DNA from: Asterionella formosa
Taxonomy: Eukaryota
Length of the DNA stretch: 64,000 nucleotides
Assembly: GCA_002256025.1 (NCBI GenBank)
Contig: NKIB01012895.1
Location: 1-64,000, forward strand
Direction of reading: 5' to 3'
Of the stretch, positions 1 through 12,607 are shown piece by piece. Positions within the stretch are counted from its first letter, which is position 1. Each line of letters opens with the position of its first letter. The notes under the pieces are model-generated. The model saw only the letters and a list, made by a program, of their open reading frames with translations. It was not told the DNA's origin and ran no database searches. The translations under genes were made by a program, and so were the position numbers.

Positions 1-2
1 CA

Positions 3-1080
3 TCAATCGCTTGCAATGTAACCAACCGCATTCCAAGTGTTCAAAATTGTTGATTGTGACACCCTCAGCCAAGCTGTCCAAACCCACTGAGCGACATCCT
101 GCCGCTTCACCTTTGTACCATGAGGATTGGCGACCATCCAGTCCTCATAGGCATTCCTAACAAAACCCTTAAAGGGCTTGTTTACTCCAACGTCCAAAAC
201 TTGAAGTTTTGATGTGTAGCCACCACAAATGAAGTCCACAGCAGTGCCACAATCCTTAATTGCATTGAGGCTCGTCGCCATCAAATGCACCTGGAACTCG
301 TCCATCAGGAGGTAGCTTGGTTGAGAATCATGGCTGATCGTCCATGGTTTCCAGACTTCCCGAATCCAAAGCGCAAACACCGACTCATCGACCCACGCCT
401 TTGCCTGACAACAATAAACCATCTGTGGGGGATAAGCAAACTGTTGATTGTTGAATTCTCGCTGGATCCTGGCATCAGGTACTCCTTTGAAAACAACAAG
501 AGGAGCAAGCTTCTCTCCAGACATCGTAACACCCAACAACACTGTGCAACGCATGCTGCTGCCATTGGTGCTTTCATCGAACAAGCGCGATCATCACCAC
601 GAAGCTGATCATACAAGAGACGAATCGCCGCAAATTCAGTTGCACTATTGCTACGCGACTTGCCTAAATGAAAAGTTTGTTTTTTCAGAAGGAGACGCCC
701 CTCATCCGACAATAAACCTTCTACATCAGAATAACGATTGTCGAAATCATGAAAGTTAGCTTTCCAGCGCCGAATATTGCTGGCGCCGATGCCATACTTA
801 CGTGCAACAGCCTTGATGATGCCGGGGAGTTCCCATGCTTCATCCACGATGTCGCGCTTTTCTTGCAAGGTGAAGAACTTTCTCATTTTTCACTTTTCGG
901 AAACAGTGATCATATTAATAAATATTAGAAAAATGCGCGCCATCCTGTAGAACTAATAAAATTAACTTAGGACTAGTATAAGGGAAATCTCTTCATTGTC
1001 CTGGACCCCCCTTAAGTAAAATCAGTCAAATTCAGTCACGGCAGTGTACATTGGGGGGTCCAGGACAATGAAGTATACGG
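3..1080 (-). mobile_element. Defective pogo-family (Tc1/mariner superfamily) DNA transposon, DD35D transposase with internal deletion/frameshift
   Basis: ORF 305-886 begins with an HTH DNA-binding domain (FTLQEKRDIV...VARKYGIGASNIRRWK). ORF 3-584, in another frame, is DDE_1-like (RCTVLLGVTMSGEKLAPLVVFKG, LLMDEFQVH, TSKLQVLDVGVNKPFK; 35 residues between the 2nd and 3rd D). The terminus reads TA|CCGTATACTTCATTGTCCTGGACCCCCC on the minus strand, with TA at 1081-1082. Confidence 0.85.
991..1073. repeat. Perfect 21-bp inverted repeat at the transposon end
   Basis: CTTCATTGTCCTGGACCCCCC (991-1011) and GGGGGGTCCAGGACAATGAAG (1053-1073), 41-bp spacer. Confidence 0.95.
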
Positions 1081-1456
1081 TAATGAAATAAAAGTGCGTT
1101 AACACATGACCTAATCTGTCCTCGAAAATGTATATAATTTTACATACATTAATTCAGAAACAAGAATTGAAATCACTTCTTAGCTGTTTTATTATCATCG
1201 CATCTTCTGATGTTATCGTTCAATTAGAATTTTAAAACGACAGCTTGATTGATCGATGCTGTTCTGACACTATCGAACAGATGGGTCCGAAATTCGATAG
1301 AATTTACCTTTAGTTGCAGAAGACAAACAAACACCCTAACTCAATGGGTCATGGCAGTATTTTACTGGTACCGGTACATGACAACCAAGACATCCAGGTT
1401 CATTACCTTGGGGCTGATAAAATAAAATTTTTCTGATAAACGAACCTGGTGTCACA

Positions 1457-4400
1457 CCAGGTTCGTTTGCTTGGTCAATGAACTCAATCACTACAAAGGT
1501 CGTAATTCGGATCAAAACTCGTCCATGCAAGGCTATCAAGACTCTTCAATTTCAGCAGCCTTATCAGAACGTCGTTCCCGCTTAGCTAAAATTGAACCAT
1601 CAATTGTCACAAAGGTTGTGAGTTTCATTTTCAAGACCAAGAAGTTTTGCTGTGAACATGTAAGTTTGATGTTACAGTTCGTGAATTGCAGGTACTGTAA
1701 AACAGAATATCAATCAAATGTGCTTTTTTTGGTCCCAAAAGAGAATCAAACATCCCGCCCTATCTGGTCCAAGTAGAATGAAAGGCATTTCCAATCACAA
1801 ACAGGATTGGTTTGCCCAATGTTGCTTAACTCGGCTATACACAGTGAAACCGGAGTTAGGCAAAGAAGTGAAGAGTGACCCAGTGCTTGCCGATTTCATA
1901 TGGAATGGTTCTGATGCACTACTTCCGATGAATCAGACCATTGAACGTATCAACAAGTCACGTTTAGTTTACATCAAATCAACATTTGGTGGCATGTGCA
2001 TTAAGAAGTTGAGCGATAGAATGTCAGAATGTATTGAATAATCAATTGAAAGGAATCTTAGGCAAGTTCTTGCAGGGAGATGCTCCAAAACCATGATTTT
2101 TTGAGTCGGTGATTATTTTCTTATCAAATATGTTTCAATTTAAAAATGCTAACATAATTCATGACACACCAGCTGGTCTAACAGAATATAACTTCCAGAC
2201 TCTGGATAGCTATTGATGACTTGATTAGGTGGGCGTTAACGCTTTATCGTTTTGCGCAGTCAAAGGACCTTGACAGGGGAAGCCATGGATACCAAGTCTG
2301 GCGTGATGTTCTTGCTCCGGTGTATTTTATAGGCAGGACAAGCTGTGGAGAACCATTTTTAACAGGAGACAAATCTGGTGTGACCAAATTTCAACTCAGT
2401 CCTCGGGCACAGTGTGAATAGCAATTACGTTTTGTTGGTTCGCTGATCAATGCCAGTACAGAAGCATTTTGATTCTTGGTGCTGAATGGAAAATTCTGAT
2501 TGCAACAAAAATATTTGGGTTTCAATCCAGATACGCATGAAATTTCAGAGAAAGATATTCGTCATTCTACTGATTTTGTCGACATTGATGGGAAACCACT
2601 TATAAAAAAATTGTGAGGGAGGATGATGCAGTATTTACGGGCAAGGTGAAATACTTGATCATAATGTTCATCCAAACTTGCATCTTTTCCTGGGTCACGG
2701 ACTTGACATAATCCATAATTTATAGCAAAAAGATAATGCACAAAATGATTGTTTTCCTCCTCATCTGATCTTTTGTAATACACAATTAGCACATAGTTAC
2801 TGTCGTGATGAAGTGGATGATAATCACCTTGCTATATATATGGTTTTTTATTACCCTTTTCTGGGTTCTCATCCAGATCAAATATAACCTTTACATCAGT
2901 TGGATGAAGTTCATGAATTATATAATGGATCATAGAGGTAATTGTTTCAAGGTCCCAATATGCAAAATCTTTAAAATCTGAAGATGATTCTTTGATACTT
3001 TTGACTCCATAAAATACAGAGGCGAAATTACATATATCTTGTGGGGTACGAGTGTACAACTCTTTCCACGATTTTAGTTGTCCATGCGATATCGGCAATC
3101 TCAAGGAAAATGCCGTTTGCTTTGGCATAATAAATCTACACAATTCACATGCCGACTCTTCACAAAAGTAGCTGCCTTCGGATTTGTTCTCAATGATTTT
3201 ACAAAGAAATTGTAATCTTTTTCTTCCATGTATGATTTGGAAAAAGATTCAATTTTGTGTTTCAGACTTTGTTCCCGACTCAGTGCATCAACTGCCTTAG
3301 CCAGCATCACATCTCTGTCTGCATTGATCTTCTTGAATTCGAGGTCTTGATCTAGCGCAGACAGACTTTTTCTTGAATATCTTTTCTTTTAGAAATGCAA
3401 TAGTTTCTCTGCTTTCATGATGTTCGCTCATCTTGATGTTCTGGACGGATAGTGAGATATATTTCTTGGTTTTGCAACTTTTCAACCATTTCTACTTCTG
3501 AAGTGATGTCTGCCACATTTCCGCCGGTATTTTCATTCATGGCATGAATTTGTTCATCAAATGAATGAGAATCACTGAGTTCTTCTTTATTACCAGCGAT
3601 TTTGCGACACTGGATGGAACTGTGACTCTGTAGGAATAGAGTCTTCATCCGCAAAGAACAACTCCTCTTCGAAAGCAATCTTTCCTTCTTTTCAATCTCA
3701 GCCACTATTGTATTGGCATACTTCATTATTTTTCTGGACTATTATGAATCTGTTCAATTCATCTGATCTTTGAGTGTATTCAAAGGAGCAAATCTTCGAT
3801 TGATTTCATAAGTTTCTTCATCTTCTTTTCCGAAAACATAAAGTCCTTTTGTGTAAACAATGGAAGTAAGTCACGTTTCTTGTTTGACTCATCCTTTGCA
3901 TGAAATCCTTGAAATGCCATTTGTAAAGTTGTCAAAGGGCCAGAAGACTATGATGTAAAACAGTGGAAGGGAAACGCGGAGCTTTTTGCGGCGCATGTGG
4001 AGGTGCAGCTGGTGTGATGGTAACCGAGTGTAGTAATTGTTGAACAGAGGACAGTGTAATATGCATGTTCCGCCAGCGTAGTGTTTACACAATACACATG
4101 CTGGCATATATATAGCTAAAACAAGTAAAAACGACACAACAATGAACGTGATGGCTGGTTGTTGAGGATACCGGTATGTGATATGCATCAATCCATGTCA
4201 CAAATCATATTATAGTGATGTACATCATATCAATGCATCCGTATACTTAGATCCTATCATCCACAAAAAAATACTTTCATATTAACTGTTGGCTTTTAGT
4301 ACTGTATATATTTCAAGACGAATATATATATATTAATTAACATACTTTATGATTGATTTATTTATTATCTATGATGTCTTGATAACACTTGCGAACATAT

Positions 4401-5597
4401 TTTATCGTATTTCATAATCGTTGTATTCTTTTAAATCCATCATATTTTGATTAAAAATATATAATAAACATTTTATAAAATCATCATGGTTTTATGATCA
4501 ATGTATCATAGCTATGTGATATACTTTATTCAATTTTACGTATCATACTTTGGTGATGTATGCATCGATGTAACCCTATCATGATATCACATTGTTATCA
4601 TCTTATCAATCATGATGAGATGATTGGGAACTGTATTCTGAATCGTACTACCGAGTATATTATTATATCACGCACTTTAGTAGCTAACAATTCACTCCTG
4701 TAATGTACACAAGTCGACAGTGCACATACACACATGAGGCAATGGACAGTTCCAACAAGCAAATGACGATACGGATATCAAATTTTTCCTACGAGCAAAC
4801 AACAATGAAAAGAGCCACTTGCTTTCGCTCTCTTGATGGTATCAAAGATGCGGACAAGTTCAATAGTTAATAAAAGTACAGTATGCCAAATACAGAAACG
4901 AGCGATATGAAAATGAAGCTATGTGGATAGTAGTCTGTTACGCACATTTTCGTATCTCCTTCTTTGCTGAATCTCAATAGTAGATGTAGTATCATGTGAG
5001 AATTGAAAATGTCAACGAGAACAAGTAGAATGTGTTTGTTTACGGGTTGATTGGCGAGATTGTCATGCTGAAGTCGACGAAACGGATTTACTGTGTGCTG
5101 TGTGCGGAACCATTACGAGTTCGAATGATTTCTTCTCTGTAAATCATTCAATGAATGACTATGAGCATAGGTTCACTGCCCATGACGATTACTCAAAGAT
5201 ATAATGATCACTTGACCAACATTTAAAGACGTTATCGCAAACATTCATTCCACTTGTCATCGCTAGTATTTCTTCGTTGTTGTTGCAAAAATCGGAGTGA
5301 TAATGGATGGAAATGACGAGCCAAATAACATTACTTGAGCTGGTACATTATCCTACCAAGAAATTCGAATACAGGAATCTAATAGAAACAATACGTATAA
5401 TAATTAAATTTATGTAGTCAAAAAGGTTACTATTTAAATTACCAGGGCATTTATCAAAATTATTAGATGATATAACGAAACATTATGATCAGATGATCAC
5501 AATCCTATGATGCATCATGGAAATATGATAGTTTTTATTTCTAGACGGTCATGAAATCAAAAGTATCTGAGCATTTTTTTCTGATAAACGAACCTGG
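1457..5597. mobile_element. Putative TIR element bounded by CCAGGTTCGTTT / AAACGAACCTGG, containing decayed ORFs
   Basis: 12-bp perfect inverted termini at 1457-1468 and 5586-5597. A 56-bp mini-copy with similar ends lies at 1394-1449. Internal fragmented ORFs occur on both strands (1471-2421 +, 2562-3726 -). No TSD found. Confidence 0.5.
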
Positions 5598-5645
5598 AAA
5601 AGATGCAAATCTCTTAACAGTAAAGTAGAGATTGATATTTCGATT

Positions 5646-6320
5646 TTGCTGTTATACCACACTTACTGGCAAATGGCAGCAGCATCAAGGATGCAAAGAA
5701 AAATCAAAGAATATATTGTCCAGTCAGTCACAGAATATTTAAGGGTTAGAGAAGAAGTACTGCAGAAGAAGAACAAGAAAGCAAGTAGATTCACACTTGC
5801 CTGCATCAATTGGGGTAGAAAAGAGGTGATTGGTATTCCTTTTGGAGTTGAAATAAATACAGAAACTGTGAGATCATGTCCAAAACGTAAAAAAGGGGAA
5901 AACGAAGCTTCGAAGTCACCTCAGCTGGAAGTTGAGCCATACATTATTATGTTGATTGACCAACTCTCCAAAATGCAAGTGCCAATTACATGTCAGCAGG
6001 GGCTGGAACTTGCTAACTCACTTGTGTCTGGTGGTAAATCCATCATGGAAAATATTGCGCTGTTGGGGCAGAAAAATTGCATTTCATTCAGAGAGGATCC
6101 AACATTGTTTAAACCAATGGGATCAGGGTACTGGATGGGATTCATGAGTCGCAACCACATTACGGAACTTTGAGCAGATGTATAGAAATGGATGGCTGTG
6201 TATGAAGAAATGGCCTAGATGGTTATTGTGGAAAAGCTGGATGAATAACTGTGGTTGAATAAATCAGGAGATGTTTTTGCAAATGAGGAAGAAGCCCCGG
6301 GAATAAAAACGAAGGAAAAT
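5646..6320 (+). pseudogene. Decayed Tc5/pogo-like transposase fragment
   Basis: HTH_Tnp_Tc5-like segment (VEPYIIMLIDQLSKMQVPITCQQGLELANSL...GSGYWMGFMSRNH) followed by the stop-interrupted MYEEMA*MVIVEKLDE*LWLNKSGDV, resembling diatom DNA transposases. Confidence 0.55.
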
Positions 6321-6349
6321 AACATTCTTCTTGTCATTCCTTCATCTAG

Positions 6350-8523
6350 GGCCTTCCTGGAGTTGAAACGCAAGTCGGAGAATGTCTCTACTGTAATGTT
6401 GGAGTCGTCCATGTCATGATGGCTGATCGAGTTCCCACCTCAACCTACCGCTGTATAACTGACGGGACCCAGGAGGGTGATGGAGAATCGGAGATGGCAT
6501 ATTCTATTAACCTCCCGACAGCTTTTGTCGTTGCAAATAAGGAAAAGCTGAACACCGGAGTTTCTAGTATTTGCATCATTGGTGGTTCTGCCATTCGTAC
6601 TCCTTTTGGAAAACCAGACAACATTGTTATTCCACCAAATGCTGGAATTCACTTCGTTGCAAGTCTTTCCAATCGCGACCGTCTTTTAGCTCAAACAGGA
6701 TCCCGATCAGTCCTTCTTGTTCGTGTCACTGCCCCTTCATCCACCCAATCAGCCTCGTCTGAAAGCCTGGCAGATGCAACCTTTGGAACTGGAGGTCAGC
6801 AGTACTCTATGGCTTCCCAATACAGTTCATGCTCTGCTGGGAAACTGACATTTGTTCCTGCAAGTGGTTACCCAGACAAGGTGACAAACGGAGTTATTGA
6901 CCTCCTACTTCCTGCAACCGTCAACAACATCAACATTTTTGACCTTGAAAACTCCATGAAAAATTCTGTCAAGGATTCTCTTGGTGTTGCTGACCTCGGG
7001 AAAACTTTCTCCAACATCGTGTTTTGCATGCCATACGGCACAACTTTCTATGCAGGCGGTTGGAAAGATTGGGGCGCCTTCGCATACTTTAAAGGAAAAT
7101 ATTCATATTATAACAATGGTGAGTGCAGTCTCAGTGTTCTCAATATTCAACATCTTCATTCAAAGGGCTTACCTATCCTCTTCTATTCATCTATCTGTTA
7201 TTGCAGAGGCGTGTTTGAGTCTCAGTGCAAAAATGCATGAAATTGGGTGAGTCCAAGGATGCATGTTACACATGAAAATTTCTATTGCTCTTTTTTTACT
7301 ATCTCTCACTCTAATCCATTGCTGACACAGACATAACTTAGGTCTTCATCACTCCAATGAGAATGGTCAATCATACGATGACCATAGTTGCATGATGGGG
7401 TACTCATACTTTGATATTGATGCACCACTAATGTGCTTCAATGGACACAAGAACTATGTCCTTGGATGGTATGCTGACAAACAAATCACTGTAAACCCAG
7501 CAACAAACGGAGCCTGGTCTGGCAAACTTGTGGGTTTCGTAGACTATGCCGATGCATCACCTTCATCTCGCAATGAATATGTTCTGATCATTGTTGATAA
7601 ACTTTACATTCAGTACAACCTTGCCACTGGATTTAACTTTCAAGTGCAAGAGAAGGCTAACATGGTCACAATTGCGACAGCTCCAAGTAGCACTTCTGAA
7701 TCATCGATGCTAAGCGCACTCTCGGTCAGGGAAAGCGCTGTGATAAGCTTGTACATCATTGAAGCTTGTGAAATGGTGGCCGCCACTTCCACAGAACCAA
7801 CATATATGATCCTTTCAATTAGCTTGACTACTCAGGCTTCTACTTGTCCTAATCCATCCCCAACAACCAGTACGCCCATCAATTTTCCTACCATTCAACC
7901 CCGAGCCAGCCTACGAGTAGCCCTACCACTGAGCCTACCAGCCAACCAACTACCCAGCCTACGAAGAACCCTACCATTGAGCCAACCAGCCAACCAGCCA
8001 ACCAACTATATTTTTCACCACCCAGCCTACTAGCAACCCTACCAATGAGCCTACCAGCCAACCAACTATCCACCCTACAAGCCAACCTACTGCTGAGCCT
8101 ACCACCCAACCAAATCGATTTCCAACAACACAGCCAACTCGATTTCCTACTACCCAGCCTACGAGCAAACCTACCGCTGAGCCTACCACCGGACCTACTC
8201 GATTTCCTACTACCCCACCCACAAGCAAACCTACCGCTGAGCCTACCACTCGACCTACTCGATTTCCCACAACCCAGCCAACTCGTGTTCCAACCAACCA
8301 CCCTACAAGCAAACCTACCGCTGAGCCTACCACTCGACCTACTCGACTTCCTACTACCCCACCCACAAGCAAACCTACTCCTCAGCCTACCATCAATCCT
8401 CCTCCTACCACTCAGCCAAGTCTGAGTCCCACCAAAGAGCCAACGCTTGTCCCTACCACTTATCCAAGTTTCAGTCTTTATTTTTCACCAAGTACACTGC
8501 CAAGTGATCAGCCTTCTGTTTAG
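6350..8523 (+). pseudogene. Peptidase M11 (gametolysin-like) zinc metalloprotease with Pro/Thr-rich tail; 5'-truncated and frameshifted
   Basis: Exons 6350-7118, 7207-7246, 7331-8523, introns GTGAGT...CAG. Splicing restores HEIGHNLGLHH followed by YDDHSCMMGYS (Met-turn) and CFNGHKNYVLGWY. An acceptor at 6349 has no upstream exon. An apparent 1-nt deletion near 7901 shifts the PTxxPT tail out of frame. Confidence 0.8.
7860..8460 (+). repeat. Coding tandem repeats (PTxxP-type, 12-bp based units)
   Basis: Repeated CCTACC/CCAACC...GAGCCTACC units encoding PTSQPTAEPTTRPTRFPTT. Confidence 0.9.
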
Positions 8524-9298
8524 CTCATGACTGCACCTTTTGCTTTGGTCTGTGTGCCTGCAATTATAACCCCTGTAAAATTTTCTTTTCATAACCCCTA
8601 AATTTCAATCCTCTGTTTTGCATGCTTATTTGGTTGGATTATGCAAAATGCAATGTCCTACTTAGCACTATATCAGCTTAACCATGGTTTGGAGAAACGG
8701 TGTGGAACAGGGAGTTTCCTACTACGAATTCCCATGATTTGAAAGTTGATTTGAAAATTTGAATTAAATAGGAATCAGCACAAGATTGATAGAGTTCCAT
8801 TTTAAACCATCAAAAATGATTTTTAAATGTTAATACTTTTTCTACGTTATTGTGACGTCTTTATGCTACTTTTCTAAAATATTATGCTATTTTGTTGGGA
8901 ATTTATTTGGGTCAAACCAAAAGAAATGTGTTCTAAAACAAAATTTATTCTACTTATCAAATAATTATAAGATCAAACCAATAATCATGTGAGTTTGCAA
9001 CAAATTTTTTTACCAATCATCCCTCTTAACGGTATCATGACGAAATTACGTCATTTTTACGGCAATATTATACTGGTTTCACCACATCACTAAATTAAGA
9101 GTCCCTAATTTCGATTTCATTAATCATTTTTACCCTATCACATTTTTTCTTTTTATCGACTGCCAAAGAACAGCACATGCATTTTTTGGTGCTGATACCT
9201 CCATCTGTTAAAATCGCGTCCTGAAGCCTTCAATATCTTTCTTGCATCCTGTAAGGATACATCAGGACAAACTACTAGGTTGTAGATGTGAACAGTAA

Positions 9299-9960
9299 TG
9301 TTGCAGAAATTTATTGTAATTGTTTCTGAAGGTTTAAATTGAATTATGAGTTTTATTGGCGATGCAGATTGTTTTCGAATTCTGATTTTTATTTGATTCA
9401 ATATGTAGTAGGTAATTCATACCAAGATTTTTCTTTCCTAAAATAATTTCTCCAACACACTCCTGCTGGACATGGATGCTCATTTAAAGTTCATAATTTG
9501 CTCACAAAAATGAATAAATTTCGTTCCAACCAGTGGTTTTGTCATGTAGTCTGCAATCATTGCATCCGTTGCTTGGACAGTACTTAATCTGTACTTCCTT
9601 TCTTTCAATAAGATACTTAATGTTGAAATGTCATATGCATTTTCCTGGACTTGCTTTTCCATTATCTTCTAGCTTCATTGCGCTAGTGTACGTTGTCACA
9701 GAAGATGACATTCGTAGTCAGTTTTTTGTCCTTGGGCTTCAATTAATAGTTTTGTCCATAACACCTTTGATATAATGTCGTCAACACCAACCAATTCTGC
9801 TTTGGTCAAACTTCTTGTGTTCACTTACTGTTTGGTAGACATAAAAACAAATAATTCCTTTTTCAAGTGCTAATGTAGCTCCTGTGTGACTTTTAAAATC
9901 CTTGTGTACCACGAAGGCCTCTTCAATGTAACACTTAAAATACTCTGAGTGTCATCAGCA
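9299..9960 (-). mobile_element. Ty1/copia retrotransposon 3' remnant (RNase H, PPT, LTR)
   Basis: The minus strand reads VHKDFKSHTGA, STKQ*VNTRSLTKAELVGVDD and TDAMIADYMTKPLVG. These are followed by the purine-rich CAGCAGGAGTG and then TGTTGGAGAAATT (LTR start at 9457). A near-matching inverted end TGTTGCAGAAATT at 9299 gives a ~159-bp LTR. Confidence 0.75.
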
Positions 9961-10206
9961 CTCATGCAGGTTGACTAATATAAACTTCAGATATTTGCTC
10001 TACTGAAATAAGTCACTTCGATGTGATAAATTCGGTAACAAGGTTGTAAAAGGTGGTGATGAATATCCCTTGTATCCCTTTCTAGTCCACACCTTGAGAT
10101 GCTTGAAATCGATTGCAATGATCTCTGCTGTTATAGTTCTAAGTATGTTATTAACAAGTAGTTACAGATGAAAGTATGTGCGACTCTGGATGTTTGGTGA
10201 AAGATA

Positions 10207-11280
10207 TTAACTGATCTTTTCATGGCATGCCTTCGTCAGTGGTGCAAAGAAGTTGGCTAGTATCCCCTTAAGTTTGTTACTCTCGGAGCGAATCTGTTGG
10301 GACGTTGCCTGCAAGATGGCAATCTTGCGATTGTATTTTCGTCTCTTCTTTTTAATTTCTTCTATGGAAGAACAAAGCATTTCGAAGGAGTTTGACTTTG
10401 TCAAGCACGACTGCTGCTCTTGAGCACGGATTTGATTCGTGACGGATGCGATTTCTTGCTCAAGTTCACCGATCAAGTTTCGCTGAATGTTGCAATCAAA
10501 TCTTTCCTTTACAATGGCAATTCTGACTTTTTTGATCTCGGCTCTGAGGTCGTCGATAGAGATTTTCTTTGTTCGCAGTATGCCAACTAACAATGGCTTT
10601 GTGCTATGTTCACCGACATGCTGGCGCTGCTGCTGCTGCTGCTGGTCAGTCCCTTCCAGTCGTCCAAGAGCATCGATTTCGTTCACCGTCAGACAGAGCA
10701 GGTACTGACGCGCAGATCGTCGACGAAGATTAAGTTCGGCTGCAAACGTAACTCGTTTTGTTCCAGTAAGTCTAAAATCTGAATCTAACGAAGGACGAGA
10801 TGCGGCCAAGTCCAGCACAGGTTCATCATGATCACATGTCAAAGGTTCAAGACGTTTCGTTAGCGCGATAGGAAATTGATGTGCAGATACGGGGGACGAC
10901 GTTGAATGACTTGGTCGTTGAGTTCCAGCCATCTGATTGCGTTCAGACTTTAGCTCGTTACGTAGTTGCTGAATTAGTGAGGGTTGCTTGTGCTTGGCCG
11001 ACCAGTTCGAACTGTGGATGGTACATCCTTGATCATTCCGCAGCTTGCTATCATCGTCTTGTGTCTTGGAACTGGAGAGCGTGGTGAGACCAGTAGGTCT
11101 GCTGCATTCTGGAAGCAGCAAGTGGTGCATCCTTGAGTCGTTCCTTGGCTTGATAACTAAGGCAGCGCTATTGTTTGTAAACGGCGAAGGGTGTCGCAGA
11201 GAGGATCGTTGCCATCTGTTCTGATTAAATGAGGTAGTTGCCATACCGGTGAGAGCAAGATTGTGATTGATAGGACGCAT
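10207..11280 (-). CDS. Hypothetical protein with C-terminal coiled-coil region
   Basis: 357-aa uninterrupted ORF with a Ser-rich N-terminus, polyQ and a heptad-like C-terminus. No recognised domain. Confidence 0.55.
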   Translation of the reverse strand: MRPINHNLALTGMATTSFNQNRWQRSSLRHPSPFTNNSAALVIKPRNDSRMHHLLLPECSRPTGLTTLSSSKTQDDDSKLRNDQGCTIHSSNWSAKHKQPSLIQQLRNELKSERNQMAGTQRPSHSTSSPVSAHQFPIALTKRLEPLTCDHDEPVLDLAASRPSLDSDFRLTGTKRVTFAAELNLRRRSARQYLLCLTVNEIDALGRLEGTDQQQQQQRQHVGEHSTKPLLVGILRTKKISIDDLRAEIKKVRIAIVKERFDCNIQRNLIGELEQEIASVTNQIRAQEQQSCLTKSNSFEMLCSSIEEIKKKRRKYNRKIAILQATSQQIRSESNKLKGILANFFAPLTKACHEKIS

Positions 11281-12357
11281 TAGCAGCTACAGTCCCGAAG
11301 TAACTTACACACATTTTTGCATTATCGCACGAAGAGAGAAGCAGTGAAAAGTGCTGCATGAGTATGACCGGTTGAAAAAGTTGTTCGGAAAGTACCAGTA
11401 GCATCACAAAGGCCCAACAAGAATCCTTGAGCACAAGATAAGACACGTCGAAATTCTTTTGGTGCAATGACGAAGAGGGAAAAACAACCCACACGAATCA
11501 CCATGATGCTTCCACCAAGCCAATCAGCTCGTTGCCACGGGATGAGTCGGTTGATCGTCAAAAATTTGTGTGTCCAACTGGGGGCACTACATGAATCCAA
11601 CATGTCAACGGTACCTGGTCCTTGCACACACTTTAGACGCTCCATCGTTCACGAAAATAATTGGTCGTACAAAGCAAATTTGACTTTTTACTACAGCCCA
11701 AGAGCGAATACTAAATTTACATAGGCATGCTCAACTTCGGGAGAAATGACCCTTTGTCGGCAATGCCTATACTGGTACCGTTTTAAAATTGGATTTCCAA
11801 CATACAACATGTTCGGAGTTCTATTTAACTATTACTGTATTATTAGATTCAACGACCGCGTCGAAACGAGGGATCTCTTCTCATGTGCCGTGAACATCAT
11901 CAAAATTATGACTGGGCCCATGGGACGATTTCTAACCAATTTAGCCAGACAATGTACCTGGAACCAGGTACCAGGTACCAGAAAAAGGAGGGTTGGGACA
12001 ATAATGACCCATGATGAACCTTGTACTGGATCGAGGGACATTTGTCTCATCCTGAAAATTCGAATTAATAAGACATTTGTCTCATCATCTAAATACCGGT
12101 ACTAGTCGTGAAACTAAAAGAACGGATGACTCATCGGCGCCTATTCTGGTTGGTCGTCAGGTTTCCCAATTCTTTGGAGCTCCCCGGAAGTTTGAAATAC
12201 CGGTTCCCTGGTAACAGGTACCAGTTCCTTTCTTGCATGCAACCTTGTTGCCTTTTTGCTGCAGCATATGAGGTAACACGTTTGAAAACCAGGAGTAGAT
12301 AATATTGGCCCATATCATTTTCTGTAAAATGTGTTGGTTCTCTTGCACATGCAACGC

Positions 12358-12607
12358 AACCTTTTGTGCTTCAAATGCTTGTTGATAAAATGGGCAATTG
12401 AAAATCATTGTAGAAAGAAACCTAATTAGTCCTTACTGTGTTTTAATAGCTAAATTAATATTGTTGTATCATGATGCCAATCAAGAAGTGCAAATTGAGA
12501 GGTTGATTTGCTGTTGTTTAAATTTTCAGCTTCTTCTTTTCTCAGCAAATCTTGGCAGCATTCCTCCAGACTTTAGCTTTCTCATATGAGAAAGCTGAAG
12601 TCTGGAG
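12358..12607. repeat. Dispersed foldback/MITE-like repeat, copy 1, ending in a 44-bp palindrome
   Basis: 12358-12563 is a diverged reverse complement of ~22218-22425. The palindrome CTCCAGACTTTAGCTTTCTCATATGAGAAAGCTGAAGTCTGGAG lies at 12564-12607. Confidence 0.7.

Noticed and set aside
1394..1468. CCAGG-ended element as direct source of TACCWGGTA arrays
   Set aside because: Its termini here are not flanked by TA, so the link is unsupported in this window.
7888..8425. Val/Gly/Trp-rich and Leu/Pro-rich ORFs over the M11 tail
   Set aside because: Antisense or off-frame readings of the PTxxP repeat.
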